Below, piece after piece: positions 63,515 to 64,000 of a DNA stretch of 64,000 bases. This stretch comes from Neoconidiobolus thromboides FSU 785 (Eukaryota > Fungi > Entomophthoromycota). The position numbers and the translations under genes are program-made. The first letter of the stretch is position 1. Each line of letters starts with the position of its first letter. The notes beneath the pieces are model-generated. The model was not told the DNA's origin. It was given only the letters and a program-made list of their open reading frames with translations, and ran no database searches. Location: the NCBI GenBank assembly GCA_025603075.1, contig MU626322.1:43997-107996 (forward strand). Reading direction: 5' to 3'.

Positions 63515-64000
63515 TGTTTATTTGTTTGTTTTGAATATATTTTTTGATGATTTTTTTGTTCATTATTTTCTTGTTTATATACCTTTTTGATTTCTGGTAT
63601 TGTTCACTACACTATACATAGCTTCAAAAGTAACTTTAATTATAACAAATTTTTATTTTATTATAAAATAATACTCGTAAAATAAGGCTTATCAATCATG
63701 AAAAAGCCCAAATTTTATTTAATGCTTTTGGTAAAAACTTCGGGCCTTTAATGCTATTTGTTGTTTTCGAGTTTTAGCAAATCAACACAGTAAGTTACTC
63801 TAGCATTTATAAACCGAAGATCAAATTCAAATGTTCTTTTATACAAATAAATATTATAGTTACCATGTTATCGTTTTATAATAATTTAAGACAAAATTGT
63901 CTTAAATTATTATAGTTTAGCATATTAGATCGTTATGTTTATCACTTTTAACTGCCCTTTCTTATTCTTTTCATGATATCTAGCTTAAATTTTAGTTTTA

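Overview
AT-rich, intron-rich eukaryotic DNA with short GT-AG introns and TACTAAC-like branch points. Gene content is fungal and fits an early-diverging fungus, but the taxon cannot be fixed from this window. Conserved genes: MPC1, a TFIIIC-like WD40 protein, a NIPA Mg transporter, MED13, two SET-domain proteins, ARG8, ChaC/GCG1, TOP3, a GGQ mitochondrial release factor, a LIM-C1-RhoGAP, ARF6 and a cytochrome P450. These alternate with accessory segments. The accessory segments hold four paralogs of a Fungal_trans/MHR-like transcription-factor family (the three complete copies start with a 19-nt exon and have no Zn2Cys6 cluster), two further decayed TF-like loci, about 25 copies of a ~100-105 bp TA-flanked MITE-like element, relics of a LINE reverse transcriptase and a chitin synthase, and two orphan secreted proteins. 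No rRNA, tRNA or CRISPR array was recognised. All calls come from manual motif reading with no database searches, and multi-exon boundaries are hand-inferred.
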